A stretch of 64,000 nucleotides of DNA from Octopus vulgaris (lineage: Eukaryota). The DNA is taken from contig OX597820.1 of NCBI GenBank assembly GCA_951406725.2, forward strand, positions 62,496,001-62,560,000, read 5' to 3'. Below the pieces are notes generated by a model. The model made no database searches and had not been told where the DNA came from. It saw only the letters and a program-made list of their open reading frames with translations. Shown here piece after piece: positions 42,251 through 55,861 of this stretch. The translations under genes and the position numbers were made by a program. How positions within the stretch are numbered: the stretch's first letter is position 1; every line of letters starts with the position of its first letter.

Positions 42251-42720
42251 TCAATGTTTTTGTGGTGTTTTTTGAAGTATGAGAATTTGTGTAATCGTAT
42301 TACTCCTGTCGTTCGTGAATAGCAAGATGCCCATTTCCTCGGGGGATAGATAGGTCGCTGTGGTCTGCTTGAGTGGCCAACCAGAATCCGGATTTAACAC
42401 ACTGTAGCTTCTTTCTTTGGGGCTGGTTTGAGGCACATGTCTGCTAAACCAAAGACTTTGGAAGAACCTGAAGTGCGGATGCAAAACGTTATGTCTTCTT
42501 CCATTCCACAAGAGTCTCCCAGGAATATAAAAAATGAAATTCCTTCTAATGAACAATTCGCCATAATGAGATCGTCAAAACAAATCGTAAACAGGCGTTT
42601 TTTGTCTTCCTGCATGCACAGTATTGAATGGTCATGTGAGCAATATAACCTGGACGACTCAAGAAGCTGGTGGCGACGTCTGGACCCCATATCGAATTTT
42701 AAATAAAACCTCATGCTAAA
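42251..42720 (-). mobile_element. Possible compressed Gypsy/Ty3 pol relic (RT to RNase H)
   Basis: Collinear FYLKFDM..HQL, ICFDDLIM (YxDD-like), FLGD, FGLADMCLK, LSPEEMGILL (DASP.GLG.L-like). Confidence 0.4.
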
Positions 42721-43375
42721 AGATTTCTTCTTATATCCATTTTTATGAAAAGTTTTAAAAGTATTTAAAAATAGTAAGTTACTTTCCAATCATCCTATTT
42801 GCTTCAGTCCTTTAAATGCGGCCATTCTGAGGCACTGCCTTGGAAGGTTTTAATCGAACAAATGCGACACGCCGTGCTTCTGAACCCAGAACCATGTGGT
42901 TGGGAAACAAGCTTCTTACCACACAGCCACACTTGCGCTTATATATATATATTGGGCCTGCAATCTCCTATGTTATCGATTCTGTTATTATCATTTTTAA
43001 ATTGTTACACTAGATAATAATAGAGTCAATGATTTCTTCGCAAATATTTTCTCCTGAATTATTTTTCTCCTGAATTATTTGCTCCGTATTGAAATTATAC
43101 ATACATGCACACACAAGCACACAAGCACAAACACACACATGCACACACACACTCATGTATGCATGTGGGTGCATGTGTGTGTGTATGTGTTTGTTATGTA
43201 ATCAGGCATATTTTTTATTAATTTCATTCCTTGTAGCACTCATGCTCATGGTAGATCCAAAGGGGATTATCAATGATAAGGAGCAGATTGCTTATTTTAG
43301 TTGGTGGCATGTTTTCTTAATCAAGTGATCAATGGAGTCGATAGTTTCCCGGAAATGATATGATAAACAATAAGT

Positions 43376-44239
43376 GATTACATGGAAAAATGCGAGCAAG
43401 AGAAATAATATTCTTAAGATTATAAATCTGGAAAATTACAGGACATGTTATTACACTTGGAAATGTTCCGGACAACTTATTACATCTTATTACATATGGT
43501 GAAGTACAGAACAAAGTCATTCTTACTTAAAATGTTGCAGCTGAAGGTAAAGTTTCAAATAAAATATTTAGATTTAGAAAATATTAGCCTTTATTAAAAT
43601 TAAAAATTTTATTTCAAATTATTTCTTCTATTTTGTTATTACTTGTTACTTTAATGAAAATTATAAAAATAACTCAAAATATTCTTGGCATTTAAGAAAA
43701 AATTCCTTTTTTAATTATTAATTAATAAGTAGAAATTTGAAAATAGGTTGTAAAAAAATACTAGAAATCACGATTAGTTAGTATAATAAATAGAATAATG
43801 CACAAATTAGTAATATATCATAGTAAAATCTACCTACAACATATTCACAGTAAAATTCGCTTGAGTTATTGCCTTATTGCAAAATCTTCACATTTTTAAT
43901 CTTGACCCAATGCCTATTTTTTTACATAATGAATTTGCTTACCATATACACTGTTCTACTTTGCATAAAACTCTATTGGTACTTCTGGCTCTCATTTTTT
44001 AAGTATTCTAGTCTGTCAATATTTTCACAAAATGATAGTACATTTTTTTTTAATTATATTATTACTTTGTAAATTAAAATCAAATAATTTTTAATATTCA
44101 AATTTTATCCTTAGCTGCAATATTATATGTAAAAATGTTCTTGTTCTGTACTTTACCAGATGTAATAAGTTGTCCTATAATTTTCCAGGTGTATAATCTT
44201 AAGAATATCATTTCTCTTACTCGCATTTTCCATGTAATC
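43376..44239. mobile_element. Foldback element or MITE with ~170-200-bp inverted arms
   Basis: gattacatggaaaaatgcgagcaagagaaataatattcttaagattata... mirrors ...tataatcttaagaatatcatttctcttactcgcattttccatgtaatc. Confidence 0.85.
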
Positions 44240-46551
44240 CATGTTTTTTTCTCAGGCTATGCTATTATGCTAATTAATAATGTGTCAATTAGCGGTGTTG
44301 TTGATAATTATTTCTTTACCTCAATGACGCTGGCGACATATATTAAAAGTCCCATTATAGAATAAAAGTATAGAACTATATTATCACCCTCAAATTTGAG
44401 AAACAAACACTCAACATTTTTCTTTTAAAACTTGATTGCATGAGGTTGATACCTTGAAATTCCTCGAATTGAGCTCTATCATTTAAGCTTGATTAAAATA
44501 TAGTTTGTTTTTAAAATAAAAAAAAAACTAATTATACTGAAATCCAATTTTTTACCTTAATCATATTTCTTTTCTCATGATATTTTACCTAGCAACTTTT
44601 TTAATACAAATTTTGGTTGCATGGGACAAAAACTATGAAATCCCTAATGCTTTCTTCTTTCGTTTAAGCTAAGATAAATATATTGTGCAGTAAAATATTA
44701 AAAAAAAATTTATTTAGATCTAAACCTGATATGGTGGCATTACTTACTCTCCTATAACGTCGCATCATATCTTGATGTAAACTTTTTTCTACTGGACCAA
44801 ATCCCAATTTTCTTATGCCAAAATGCTGCTAGGGACCAGCCCTCTTCACAAATATTAGCAGTTTTCAATTTGGTTAAGAACAGAATTAGCGATCAGCTCC
44901 AAAAGATGCTGTAAATGAGGAAATTGTGGCATTAGGAATATCATTCAACTACTACCTTATTTAAATGATACTATTTTTAAAGTCCGCAAACATACTGAAC
45001 ACAAAGCACAAATACATGCATACATACACACACACTCATACACACCCACATACACACAGATATATATATATTTTAATATAAATATTATCTCTCTGTCCCA
45101 CTCTCTCTCTCTCACACCCTTTATGTACACATATATTTATATATAGATAAATAGATAGATATATAGATATATATATATACACATTCATACATGCATCCAT
45201 CATACACATACAAATATGTGTATTATTATGCACGTGCACATACATGCGTAGACATGTAGGTCTAAATGCTTTGGTATATGCATGTGTCCACATCAATTTT
45301 ACTAATGTTTACATGTCTGTATGTGCAATTCTCACATGCTAAATTTCGGTGACCTTTTACATATATTCAGAATGCGTTTACTATCTTGTATCCGTAATTA
45401 TAGAACTATCTGTTTCCACCTGCTTTTTGTGAATCAACGATTTCATTGTTATTCATGTTCTTGCATGCAAAATGAAAACTTTTCAAAATGAGACCTGTAA
45501 TCCCGGATATGAATATCATCAAAGAAATAATCAGATTTTTCCCAAGGCTCATCGTTATGATATTAATGCTGCAGATAATATACATGAAATAATATACGTC
45601 ATATTTTCAGTTGACAGTACCAATCACCAAATATACGACTGCTAATGTGAGTTGTCTCGAAAACAAAACTGTATTTTTTTCGTTTCATTTACTTTGTTCA
45701 CATTATTTATGTTTTCCCGTGATTTCCTGGAAGTTTATTTAGAAAAATAATGTTATTAATTCCAATAACACTAATCTTAATCTGTTAGGATGAACTTATC
45801 CTCAAGGTGAAGTTAGTGTATGCTACCATCCCCTTATAACATGCCAGAGAAATATGATTGTTATGAGCATTATACTACTAGAACTAGAAATTTGATCGTT
45901 AAATTTACTCGTCATCGGTTAGATGTTTTTTATTTGTAAGTGATGAATATATGTTGTCTGTGCGTTTATTCTAGCATCGTTTCATGCTCGGATTATTACT
46001 TCCATCATTAATTGCCTATATTTGTGATGGCCATGTAGTACGTGGATGTGTTGTTCCCTAATGTTCCCCGATGCATTTATTTTTGTGAAGTGTTGAGTAA
46101 CGTTGTAATGTTCCTTGTTGTAAGAGCATGGACCACCTTCGTACTTGTGCAGGGAAAAGGGCTATCAGAATCATACTGGTCTCAATTTTCTACGCATGTA
46201 ATCGAATTTGGAAATAACATTGGTTATTTGACGACTGTTCGACGTTTTACATATATAATGTTTTAATCTCAGACTTTGCTTCGATTTTCGTAAAATACCT
46301 TTCCAAATTTATCGATAGATCTAATACGTTTGTGCTCTGTTTTAAGAGATTTTTGTGTTCAGCTATTCCAAAGTAGGTTTGCATTTGCTTCCTATAATAC
46401 ATTTTAGTAGTTTCATGTATAGTACATTTTAGTAGTTTCATGTATCTAAGGTATTTGTCATGCAACATTACTTCATGCATTATGCTAATATAGGGTATAT
46501 TTTTCTGGTGTATTTCGCTGTTTGCATACGTAAATTAAGTGCGGCGCTTTA

Positions 46552-46792
46552 ATTCTTTTACTTGTGTCAGTCATTTGACTGCGGCTATGCTGGAGCACCG
46601 CCTTAAAGAGTGTTAGTCGAAGAAATTGACCCCGGAACTTATTTTTTTAAAGTCTAGCACTTATTCTATCTGTTTCTTTGGCCGAACCGCATGTTACGGG
46701 GACATAAACACATCAGCATCAATTGTCAAGCGATGGTGGGCGGAGGAGGGGAAGAGCAACTACAAGCACAGACAAACACACACGTACACACA

Positions 46793-46825
<33 letters not shown>

Positions 46826-46985
46826 CGACGGGCTTCTTCCAATTTCTGTCTACCAAATCCACTCACAAAGCTTTGACGCTCCCGAGGCTATAGTAGAAAA
46901 CATTTTCCAATGGTGCCACGCAGTGGGACTCAGCCCGGAACCATGTGATTGGGAAGCACGTTTCTTACCACATAACCACGCCTGA
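46552..46985 (-). mobile_element. SINE family A, full length
   Basis: Reverse complement of family-A consensus with internal (TA)n. Confidence 0.9.
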
Positions 46986-47439
46986 TTTTCAACGGTTTTG
47001 ATGCTCGGATCGTTTGAAGCAAGGGTTCCCCATCGTTTTTTATCTACGGATCCTTTTGATTACTATTCTATTCTGATGAACTATTTAACATTTATCCTTG
47101 CGCTTTCTTCTATATTACCGTTAACGATCATACTTTTAAATTTCTTTCCAAAATCAATTTACATCATAAATCTCACTATACCAAAATCAGTTGATGGATC
47201 CTGAATATTTACCTAGTATAAGTTTTTCTTTTATTTCAAATTATTTTTGTACCGAGTTACTCAATTACGTCATCTTTTCCTACTGAGCATATACTTGACA
47301 GGTGGTTATGTAGGTATCGTCTTTATACTATGCCTCCTCTGTATGATATTCGATGAATATTCAAATACTTTTTCAAATCCCATGATGTATGTGTCTGTTA
47401 GATATTTTCGATAGTGCCAAATTCTCGTGTAGTCATGTC

Positions 47440-47905
47440 TCTTACTCTTTTATTTGTTTCAGTCATTTGACTGTGGCCATGGTGGAACATCGCCTTTAGT
47501 CGAGTGAATAAAGCCCCATGACTTATTCTTTGTAAGGCTAGTACTTATTCTATCGTTCTCTTTTGCCGAACCGCTAGGTTACGAGGAAGTAAACACACCA
47601 TCATCTGTTTTCAAGCGATGTTGGGGGGACAAACACAGACATATACACACACGTACATATATATCATGGCTCAGTGGTTAGAGCGTCGAGCTTACGATCG
47701 TGAGGTTGTGAGCTCGAATCCCGGACCGGGCTGCGTGTTGTGTTCTCGAGCAAGGCACTTTCCGTCTACCAAATCCACTCATAAGGGGTTGGTCGGCCCG
47801 AGGCTATAATAGAAGACACTTGCCCAAGGTGCCACGCAGTGGAACTGAATCCGGAACCATGTGGTTGGTAAGCAAGCTACTTACCACACAGCCACTCCTA
47901 CGCCT
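47440..47905 (-). mobile_element. SINE family A carrying a + strand family C head at 47665-47760
   Basis: tggctcagtggttagagcg...gagctcgaatccc (box A/B) replaces part of the central region. Confidence 0.85.
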
Positions 47906-48159
47906 ATGTGTGAATAATTTCATAATTTTGGGATTCTGTAGCGTCTGTGCTATGTTTTGGATCGGTATTTCCTCCCAGGACTGTTTTGGTCTTAAACACT
48001 TTAAATTTTATTTTATTTCTCCCTCTGGTTTTATAGGTACCATCCATATTCCACAATCATTATTTTAACATAATCTTGACGATAACAACGCCGAGATTTC
48101 CGTTATTTTACCATTTTTTTCCGGTTGGAAATGAATATTCTCTGGTTAATTAAATTAAT

Positions 48160-48430
48160 GTGGAGGCGCAATGGCCCAGTGTTTAGGGCAGCGAACTCGC
48201 GGTCTGAGGATCGCGGTTTCAATTCCCAGACCGAGCGTTGTGTGTGTGTGTTTATTGAGCGAAACCACCTAAAGCCCCAACTTTCTCTCAATCTTTCTTC
48301 CTGTTACTTGAGTAATGCTGCGATGGACTGGTGTCCCGTCCAGCTGAGGTGTACACATACGTCACAGAAACCGAGAAACCGGGCCCATGAACATAGATGG
48401 GCTTGAAAAGGGCGCATGAATAAATAAATA
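48160..48430 (+). mobile_element. tRNA-derived SINE with gcgatggactggtgtcccgtccag body
   Basis: Box A tggcccagtgtttagg, box B ggtttcaattccc, tail (aata)n. Confidence 0.75.
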
Positions 48431-49041
48431 ATAAGTAAATCAATTATTTCCAACGACGAATCATTTCTGGTTTAGTAAGCTTCCAATACTGAAACCTCGA
48501 GTTGCATTAATTTTAGCATTGCATTATATTTCTATAACATCTGTGTCTAGTTTGTGCGAAATTTTGCATTTTCATTATCGATCTCGTGCAAGATTGTAAT
48601 ATATTTTATATATGTCATCTCTTGACTCATATGTGTATTTTCCACGCTGTTTCCTTGAGTTTACATACTCCTGCATTAAGCATTATGAAAAAGTATTCCC
48701 TTTCCATTCTGACTACTGTGGTTACGGCATAGATCTTTCTAAAATTGATTCTCATGATATTGATGTTTAAATCTGCTTCCAGTAAGTCTATGAAGGTCTG
48801 ATTCTTATGCATTGTGGTTGTTATTTTATTAGGTTTTCTGTTCGGGATGGTCTTTCGTAAGTCGATAGGAAGATCTTCCATGGATTTTAATTCTTTAGCC
48901 ATTTCCACCATTCAGTAATTGTCCTTTACAAAATCTGCTGCTTTAGAATTTTTTATTTAGTTCTCTTTACTGTAATTCTGATTTAGCTTTTGTTAATCAT
49001 CATCATCATCATTACTACTATCATTATTATCATTATTATTA

Positions 49042-49310
49042 AAGCGGTGAGCTGGCAGAATCGTTAGTATGCTGGATAAAATGCTTGGCGGCATTACGTC
49101 CGTCCTTACGTTCAAATTCCACCGAGGTATACTTGCATTAAATCCATTCGAGGTCAGTAATCTGTTAGTAATCGAGGTCAGTATTTAGCCTAAGGCGGCG
49201 AGTTGGTAGAATCGTTAGCACGCCGCGCAAAAAGCTTAGCAACATTTCGTCCTCTTAACTAGTCCCCACTGCTAAATGTCAGGCCTTCTGCCTTTAGTAG
49301 AAAGGATTAT
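49042..49310 (+). mobile_element. Two truncated SINE family B copies
   Basis: gcggtgagctggcagaatcgttag and ggcggcgagttggtagaatcgttagcacg. Confidence 0.8.
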
Positions 49311-49341
49311 TGTTATTGTTGTTGCTGTTGCTGTTGTTATT

Positions 49342-50305
49342 AAAATTTTATTAAGGAGGAGAGCCAGCAGAACCCAATTCTTAGTGATAAGACCAGGCCT
49401 ACAAATACAATGTACGAGATAGACGAAAGATGGAAGGGATGCTGGGAGCTGGCCACGGATTTGGAAAGACTAGTAATATATCCACTCATAAAAACGACAA
49501 AAAGACAAGATTTAGTCCTATGGGACAGAGAACGGAGAGTAGGAATTTTGCTAGAACTGACAGTGCCATGGGAAGAGAATGTCGGCAATGCAGATAAACG
49601 AAAGGAGAGAGGTACGAAAAACTAATCGAAGAGTGCATAGAACAGAGATGGAATGTCGAGTATTATCACCTGGCAGTAGGTGCTAGGGGCTTCATTGAAG
49701 GAAAAATGACAACGTTATTCAAAAGAAGATTTACATTTTCTCCCTCGGAACTGAGAAAACTAATAGGGAGAATAGAGGAGGCGGTCGAAAAAGCTAGCTT
49801 CTATATATGGTGGAACCAAAAATAGCTTGAAAGTCATAACATGCCGGCAGGAAAATAACATCACCAGGTGAGACAGGCTGACACTGAAGTAGCTTCGCTG
49901 ATTGATAGGTGACGGTCTCGTTTAGAGAATGCGTGGGTTAAGACTACGCGCCCTCCATTGGTCAGTTAAAATTTAGACAGTGTCACGTGACAACTTGCTG
50001 GGGCAGCCTGCAGCAGCCTACTGCAGGTATTTAAAGGGAAATTTGACGAGACAGTCAGTCGCCCGCTGACACTCGTTGACGCTTCATCGAAGAGGCCAGG
50101 GAAGAGAAGAAAGAAGGAAAAAGAAGACATACACTCAACACCAGAGCTGAAGACACCTCCGAAAAAAAAAGGGGGGGGGGACTCCACGTCAAAACGGTAG
50201 AGGAATAGGGGCCGAAACCGATCGTGGTTCCGCCTGATGATTTCTTGAGCTAACTGGATCCTATAAAGGAGCTGGTGTGGTAGTAGCCCACGAAACATGG
50301 TTCAA
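49342..50305 (+). mobile_element. HERO/NeSL-like (R2 group) non-LTR retrotransposon 3' end: restriction-like endonuclease plus long 3' region
   Basis: RQDLVLWD...ILLELTVPWEEN...RK..RY..L...VGARGF...AVEKASFYIW, one frameshift, stop at 49823-49825. Confidence 0.85.
49957..50060 (+). promoter_or_regulatory. Candidate Pol II promoter (CCAAT, E-box, TATA, Inr)
   Basis: ATTGG 49957-49961; palindrome TGTCACGTGACA 49981-49992; TATTTAAAG 50028-50036; TCAGTC 50055-50060 with the A 29 nt after the TATA start. Confidence 0.5.
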
Positions 50306-51107
50306 ATTCTTCTCTTTACATTTTGAGCTCATATTCCACCGAGATCTTGCCTCTCATTATTCCAGTGTCGATGAAACAGAATACCAGTCAAGTTTTGGGA
50401 TGAATATAATCGAATAAACCGCCTTCTTAAAAGTGATGGTTTCGTGTCAAAATTTTGAAAGAAATATCATTAAGAATGGTTGTAATATTCTGAAAAATCG
50501 TTATTAACAATAAAGTAAAAATGAATTTATCTTTTTATTACTATTCTAAAAAAAGAAAAAAAGTGGTAAATATTTCGATATATCCATTTACGATTATGAT
50601 TAAGTGCAATAGTGACAGTAGTGGTGTAATTAGTAATTATTGTAGTAGCATTAATAATAGTAGAAACACCGCTAATTACACTATTTTAATATAGTTCATG
50701 AAGTTAATTCGATTATTCCATTACTTCTGTCTCAACAGGACACCTCATTGCTAGGAGCAAACAAAAGCGCCTCTACACAATTGTTCAGTGCATTAGAAAG
50801 AGCAGCCAGTTTCTTCTGAAATGTTAAACTATCGTCTTAAATGACAGCGGTTATATGGTACAATTTACAAATTTATTAAAAAAAAAACGGATAGAGTTGA
50901 TCTTCAGACAGACAAAATCGACAACACTACAGTGCCTAATGCCACCATAGTTAATATACGTGAAATATGTGTATGAGATATCAATGTGTATCAGCAATGC
51001 GAATTCATTCACGCAGACCTAATTTATCGGTTGAATTAATTAGTACTCAACCTGTAATTTGTAGAGCAACAATATATAAAAACCTATAAAAGCTTATAAA
51101 AGTTTAC

Positions 51108-51265
51108 ACGAGTGGCTGTGTTGTAAGTAGCTTGCTTACCAACCACATGGTTCCGGGTTCAGTCCCACTGCGTGGCACCTTGGGCAAGTGTCTTCTACTA
51201 TAACCTCGGGCCGACCAAAGCCTTGTGAGTGGATTTGGTAGACGGAAACTGAAAGACACCTGTCG

Positions 51266-51326
<61 letters not shown>

Positions 51327-51538
51327 GTGTGTGTGTGTGTGTGTCTGTGTTTGTCCCCCCAACATCGCTTGACAACCGATGCTGGTGTGTTTACGTCCCC
51401 GTAACTTAACGGTTCGGCAAAAGAGACCGATAGAATAAGTCCTGGGGTCGATTTGCTCGACTAAAGGCGGTGCTCCAGCACGGCCACAGTCAAATGACTG
51501 AAACACGTAAAAGAGTAAAGAGTAAAGAGTAAAGAGTA
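51108..51538 (+). mobile_element. SINE family A, young full-length copy with (aaagagt)n tail
   Basis: Near-consensus head, (CA)n(TA)n(TG)n core, tail repeats. Confidence 0.93.
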
Positions 51539-52661
51539 TTCGCTCACATTCCTTGTTACGTTATTATTTGAACAACAGTCTAACCAAGAAAATTATTACA
51601 GTTTTTACCTCCTAAAAGACCTCATACAAGCAGACAGCTATTTCGCCATGCGTTGTGACACATAGAGAAAGGCTATAACAAGATCCGAAAATGATTGGTA
51701 AAAGTCTGTTATACGTACAATGTTAGTAGAAGAACCAACGTATTACCTGATACCTACAAAATAAAAATTCACAATTTTCCAGGCTGCTTTGAACTGAAAG
51801 TGCGTATTAGCCGGCACCTCACATAATACATATATACACATTGCAAAACACCACCTGTAAAGAACGAAACACACTTACATGTACACGCTTTCCCTGTATT
51901 CGTGGACATTTATGGTCACTCGTAAATACACAGATATATTCAAGTTACTTTTATTTATACAAGGTCACAATATTCATACAAACTTTTATGCAATCTGGCA
52001 TAACATACGAATGCATGACGAGAATTTTTTTATGTACGCGTATTCTACTATACACACGAAGATAATCATAGTCATGAACACATATAAATACAGTCACATG
52101 TACGCATATATGCACACAGCCACGTATGTATAAACACACGATTGCAACTCTATAGTAGAAAGTTATGTTCTCTGTTGTTCAAGAACGCTGCACACTGTAA
52201 CGTACTTTCTGTTAGCATTTTTTGATGCAAAAATAGAAACCCTTTTATCGACTACAACAGTATCCTTCTACCAAGACATGTCACAATCAACGGCTAGTGG
52301 TCAGTGGAAAATATATTCCGATTATATTGTTGATGTAAAATAAAGCAATCCGTATCAATTTATTCTGTTTTTGCTCTGTTCTATATTTTCTACATCAGTG
52401 CATCATGGACGAAACTCCTAATTATTTTACGGTGGTTTATTTCTACAACCACAGACACATCACGTACATGACAAAAGATGGATACCAATGTAGCATATAA
52501 TATAAACTGGGTGTATATACTAAGCTCATACAGATAGACATATAGTTACGTTTTGTTTACGCAAATGTAACAATAAGAAAACTCGTATGGCTACATATCA
52601 ATTCGCATATGTTCACACCCACACATACATTACTGTGAATATATTGTATTCTTTTATTTTT

Positions 52662-52822
52662 TAATCTTTTACTTGTTTCAGTCATTTGACTGCGGCCATG
52701 CTGGAGTACCACCTTTAGTCGAACAAATCGACTCCACGACCTAGTCTTTGTAGGCCAAGTACTTATTCTGTCTGCCCGTTTTGCTGAGCCGCTAAGTTAC
52801 GGGGATGCAACGACATCAACTG
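52662..52822 (-). mobile_element. SINE family A 3' fragment
   Basis: ttttacttgtttcagtcatttgactgcggccatgctggag. Confidence 0.85.
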
Positions 52823-53013
52823 TATATATAATATTTATAAACAATTCAGAAGGATTTGTAAGCCGATTTCGTCATATATAAATATCGCTTTACATTGGAG
52901 AATATATATATTATTATTATGGTATATTATTGTATATATATATAATTATATATATATAACCAGGCCTTTCAGGATACACTTAGAGCCAGGAACTTTCCAG
53001 CATCCCTCGTATG

Positions 53014-53078
<65 letters not shown>

Positions 53079-53094
53079 TATATATTAGGTCATA

Positions 53095-53307
53095 CCAGGG
53101 CCGCGAGTAAGTTCCTGGCTCTAAGGGTATTCTAAAAGGCCAGGCTGGAGGGCCAACCATCCGATTTCTTTTACAGGTCTTAGAAAATCTGAAGGACCAC
53201 TGCTATAAGTATGTGAATCTGAGAGAGGTATATGTTGAATAGAATCATGTAACTGACCCTTCCTTATTTTTTCCTACCCAATGCCCGGAACTTTTCAGCA
53301 CCCCTTC
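53095..53307. mobile_element. mariner-type MITE, with a second outward-facing TIR at 52963-53009
   Basis: ccagggccgcgagtaagttcctggct ... gcccggaacttttcagcaccccttcg. Confidence 0.6.
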
Positions 53308-53429
53308 GCATACACAAACACATACACAAACGAACGCACGCACGCATATACAGACACGCTCGCACGCACACACAGACATACAGATACGCATACACACACA
53401 CAACCATATACAGACTTGTGTATATTTTC

Positions 53430-54060
53430 TATGACTCGTGGCCCCTACATCAAGTCCTATCATAATGGCTCCACTTTTCGCAATCCAAGAACAGGAGAAT
53501 GCCACAAAATATCTCGAGACCAAGCGAAACTGTGAAGATCTTAATTTCTCAAGTCGAAACCACAAATGTCGATTATGTAACTCATTATGGATGATTTTTA
53601 AGGTAATTAACAGCTACCTGCTCCTGTTATTGCTAAAACAACATAGAACACAATCCAAAGAAATGTCTTCACTAGAATAAATATATTCAACACCTCTGCA
53701 ATGGAATATTGCTGAAATATTAGCACCAAGCTTCTGTCATGCGTAAATATTACAGACCAGGCATAGTTGTTTTGGATAAAAAGGAAACGTCATACACAGG
53801 AACAGGCGTTAATTACTTGACAGATGCGAACATCTTTTCGAAAAGCAACGAGAAACGGAATGTCTCTTAACAACATCTTCGAAACCTGCAACTCTTCCAC
53901 ATTAATCATAAACTTTCATTCACGACAATGATCATTTTTGTACTAGGTTATAGTAGTAAATATCTCAGAGAAAATCCGTAGATGCGAGCGAACATTTTCA
54001 AAGTAAAAAAGGTGGCCAGGTAACACTAAAATTGCAAACACCAGTCTGTAAGCAGAACAG
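53430..54060 (+). mobile_element. R4/Dong-clade retrotransposon C-terminal (zinc knuckle and endonuclease) relic
   Basis: [14 protein letters not shown]...HKCRLC, later RPGIVVLDKK. Confidence 0.65.
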
Positions 54061-54750
54061 TAAAATTATGAATTTTTTTTTTTAAAGTGCGATATGTACT
54101 AACATAGCAGCTATTCAAACTCCAACGATAGCTCTTATATTTCTTTGATAGAAGCAATCTTCCGCTTTCTTAAAAAGGAATACACATGCATTTACAAACA
54201 CGCAAACACACACAGACACTGATACATTCCGACACACGCGTTTCCATATGTATACGTATGATATAAAGTAAGAGCATGAAGACAAAGAAACTAACTACAC
54301 ACAGATATCATGCAAACGGATACATATGACATATAAACTCGAAAATCTGTACAAAACAACTATCAAATTCTCATAATCACACATACACACACATATATAT
54401 AGGTAAACACGAAAAACTTCTATGAATTACACAGATTATTGTTGGACATAATCACGTTCGTAGGTCTGTGCGAATGTATATACGAAACATGTATGCATGT
54501 ATGCATTTACGATTGTGTCTGCATGTGTGTTGGTGTGTGTGTGTGTGTGTGTTTGTGTGTCTTTGTGAGTATGCAATGTGTCTAGGTATAAGTATGCACC
54601 ATAAAAGCGTATAAAGTAACAACACTCTACATATGCCGCAAACAACCAGACAAAAGTTTAAAACAAAAATGGATACCGAAAACTATATCAGTATATATAA
54701 CAAGAGATGATATTTCATACGTATATAGCAAAAAAATAACAGAAATCATA

Positions 54751-54798
<48 letters not shown>

Positions 54799-54852
54799 CA
54801 CTACTACAACAACAGCTACAACAACAATTATGAATAACAACAATAATAATAA
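54751..54852. repeat. (TAC)n grading into (AAC)/(AAT)
   Basis: Direct observation. Confidence 0.92.
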
Positions 54853-55253
54853 TTGCAACTATCTTTTTTTTTACTTCTTCTCCCTCCACCTCTTCCCTCT
54901 CTTCCTCCTCATTATTATTATTAATACTAGTAGTGGTAGTATTAGTGTTTTTAATATTTGATATTTCTGCGGTTTTGTTGGTGGTTTTTGTTACTGGTCT
55001 CGTTTTCCATAATTTAAAGATACATCAGGATTTTTCATTTTGTAATATGAGAACGAATTTGGTGACTAATGTTATGACTACTATTAATTTTATCATTTTT
55101 TTGTCTATGTCGTTAATAGTATTATCAGCCATAACAACTTTTCAATAATAACATTATTTTTGTTGTGATTAATTTTATTATTATCAATAATATTATCCCA
55201 TCAGATATACTGATTTAAAAGGTATAAACGGACGCTGTCATATGTGTGCGTGT

Positions 55254-55448
<195 letters not shown>

Positions 55449-55674
55449 CTGTCTGTCTCCCTCTTTATATATACATACAAACATATATATATTTGTGTAT
55501 ATATATATTGTCCTTGGCCAAAATTACCTCTTCCAATTTGGTAAAGTTTCCACCAGGGACTATATATAAACGGTTTTCTATGTTCAAGAAGACTGTCTAA
55601 TACAGTTAAACTCTCCAATGTACAGGACTGAAATCAGATGTAAACAAAGAAATCAAACAGTCATACATTAATGC

Positions 55675-55718
<44 letters not shown>

Positions 55719-55782
55719 TATATATATATATATATATATGTTTATGTATATATATATATATATGTTTATGTATATATATGTT

Positions 55783-55861
<79 letters not shown>

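Larger units (their letters stand above)
47000..48960 (-). mobile_element. Decayed RTE-type LINE RT fragmented by SINE insertions
   Basis: LPIDLRKTIPNRKPNK...FIDLL...RINFRKI (RT domain 0-1); LGGNTDPKHSTDAT resembles IGG.I.NLRYADDT near 47950. Confidence 0.45.

Noticed and set aside
47665-47740. tRNA gene (also the heads at 26308, 32252, 48160, 51108)
   Set aside because: Box A/B are present but there is no complete cloverleaf or terminator, and each continues into a SINE body
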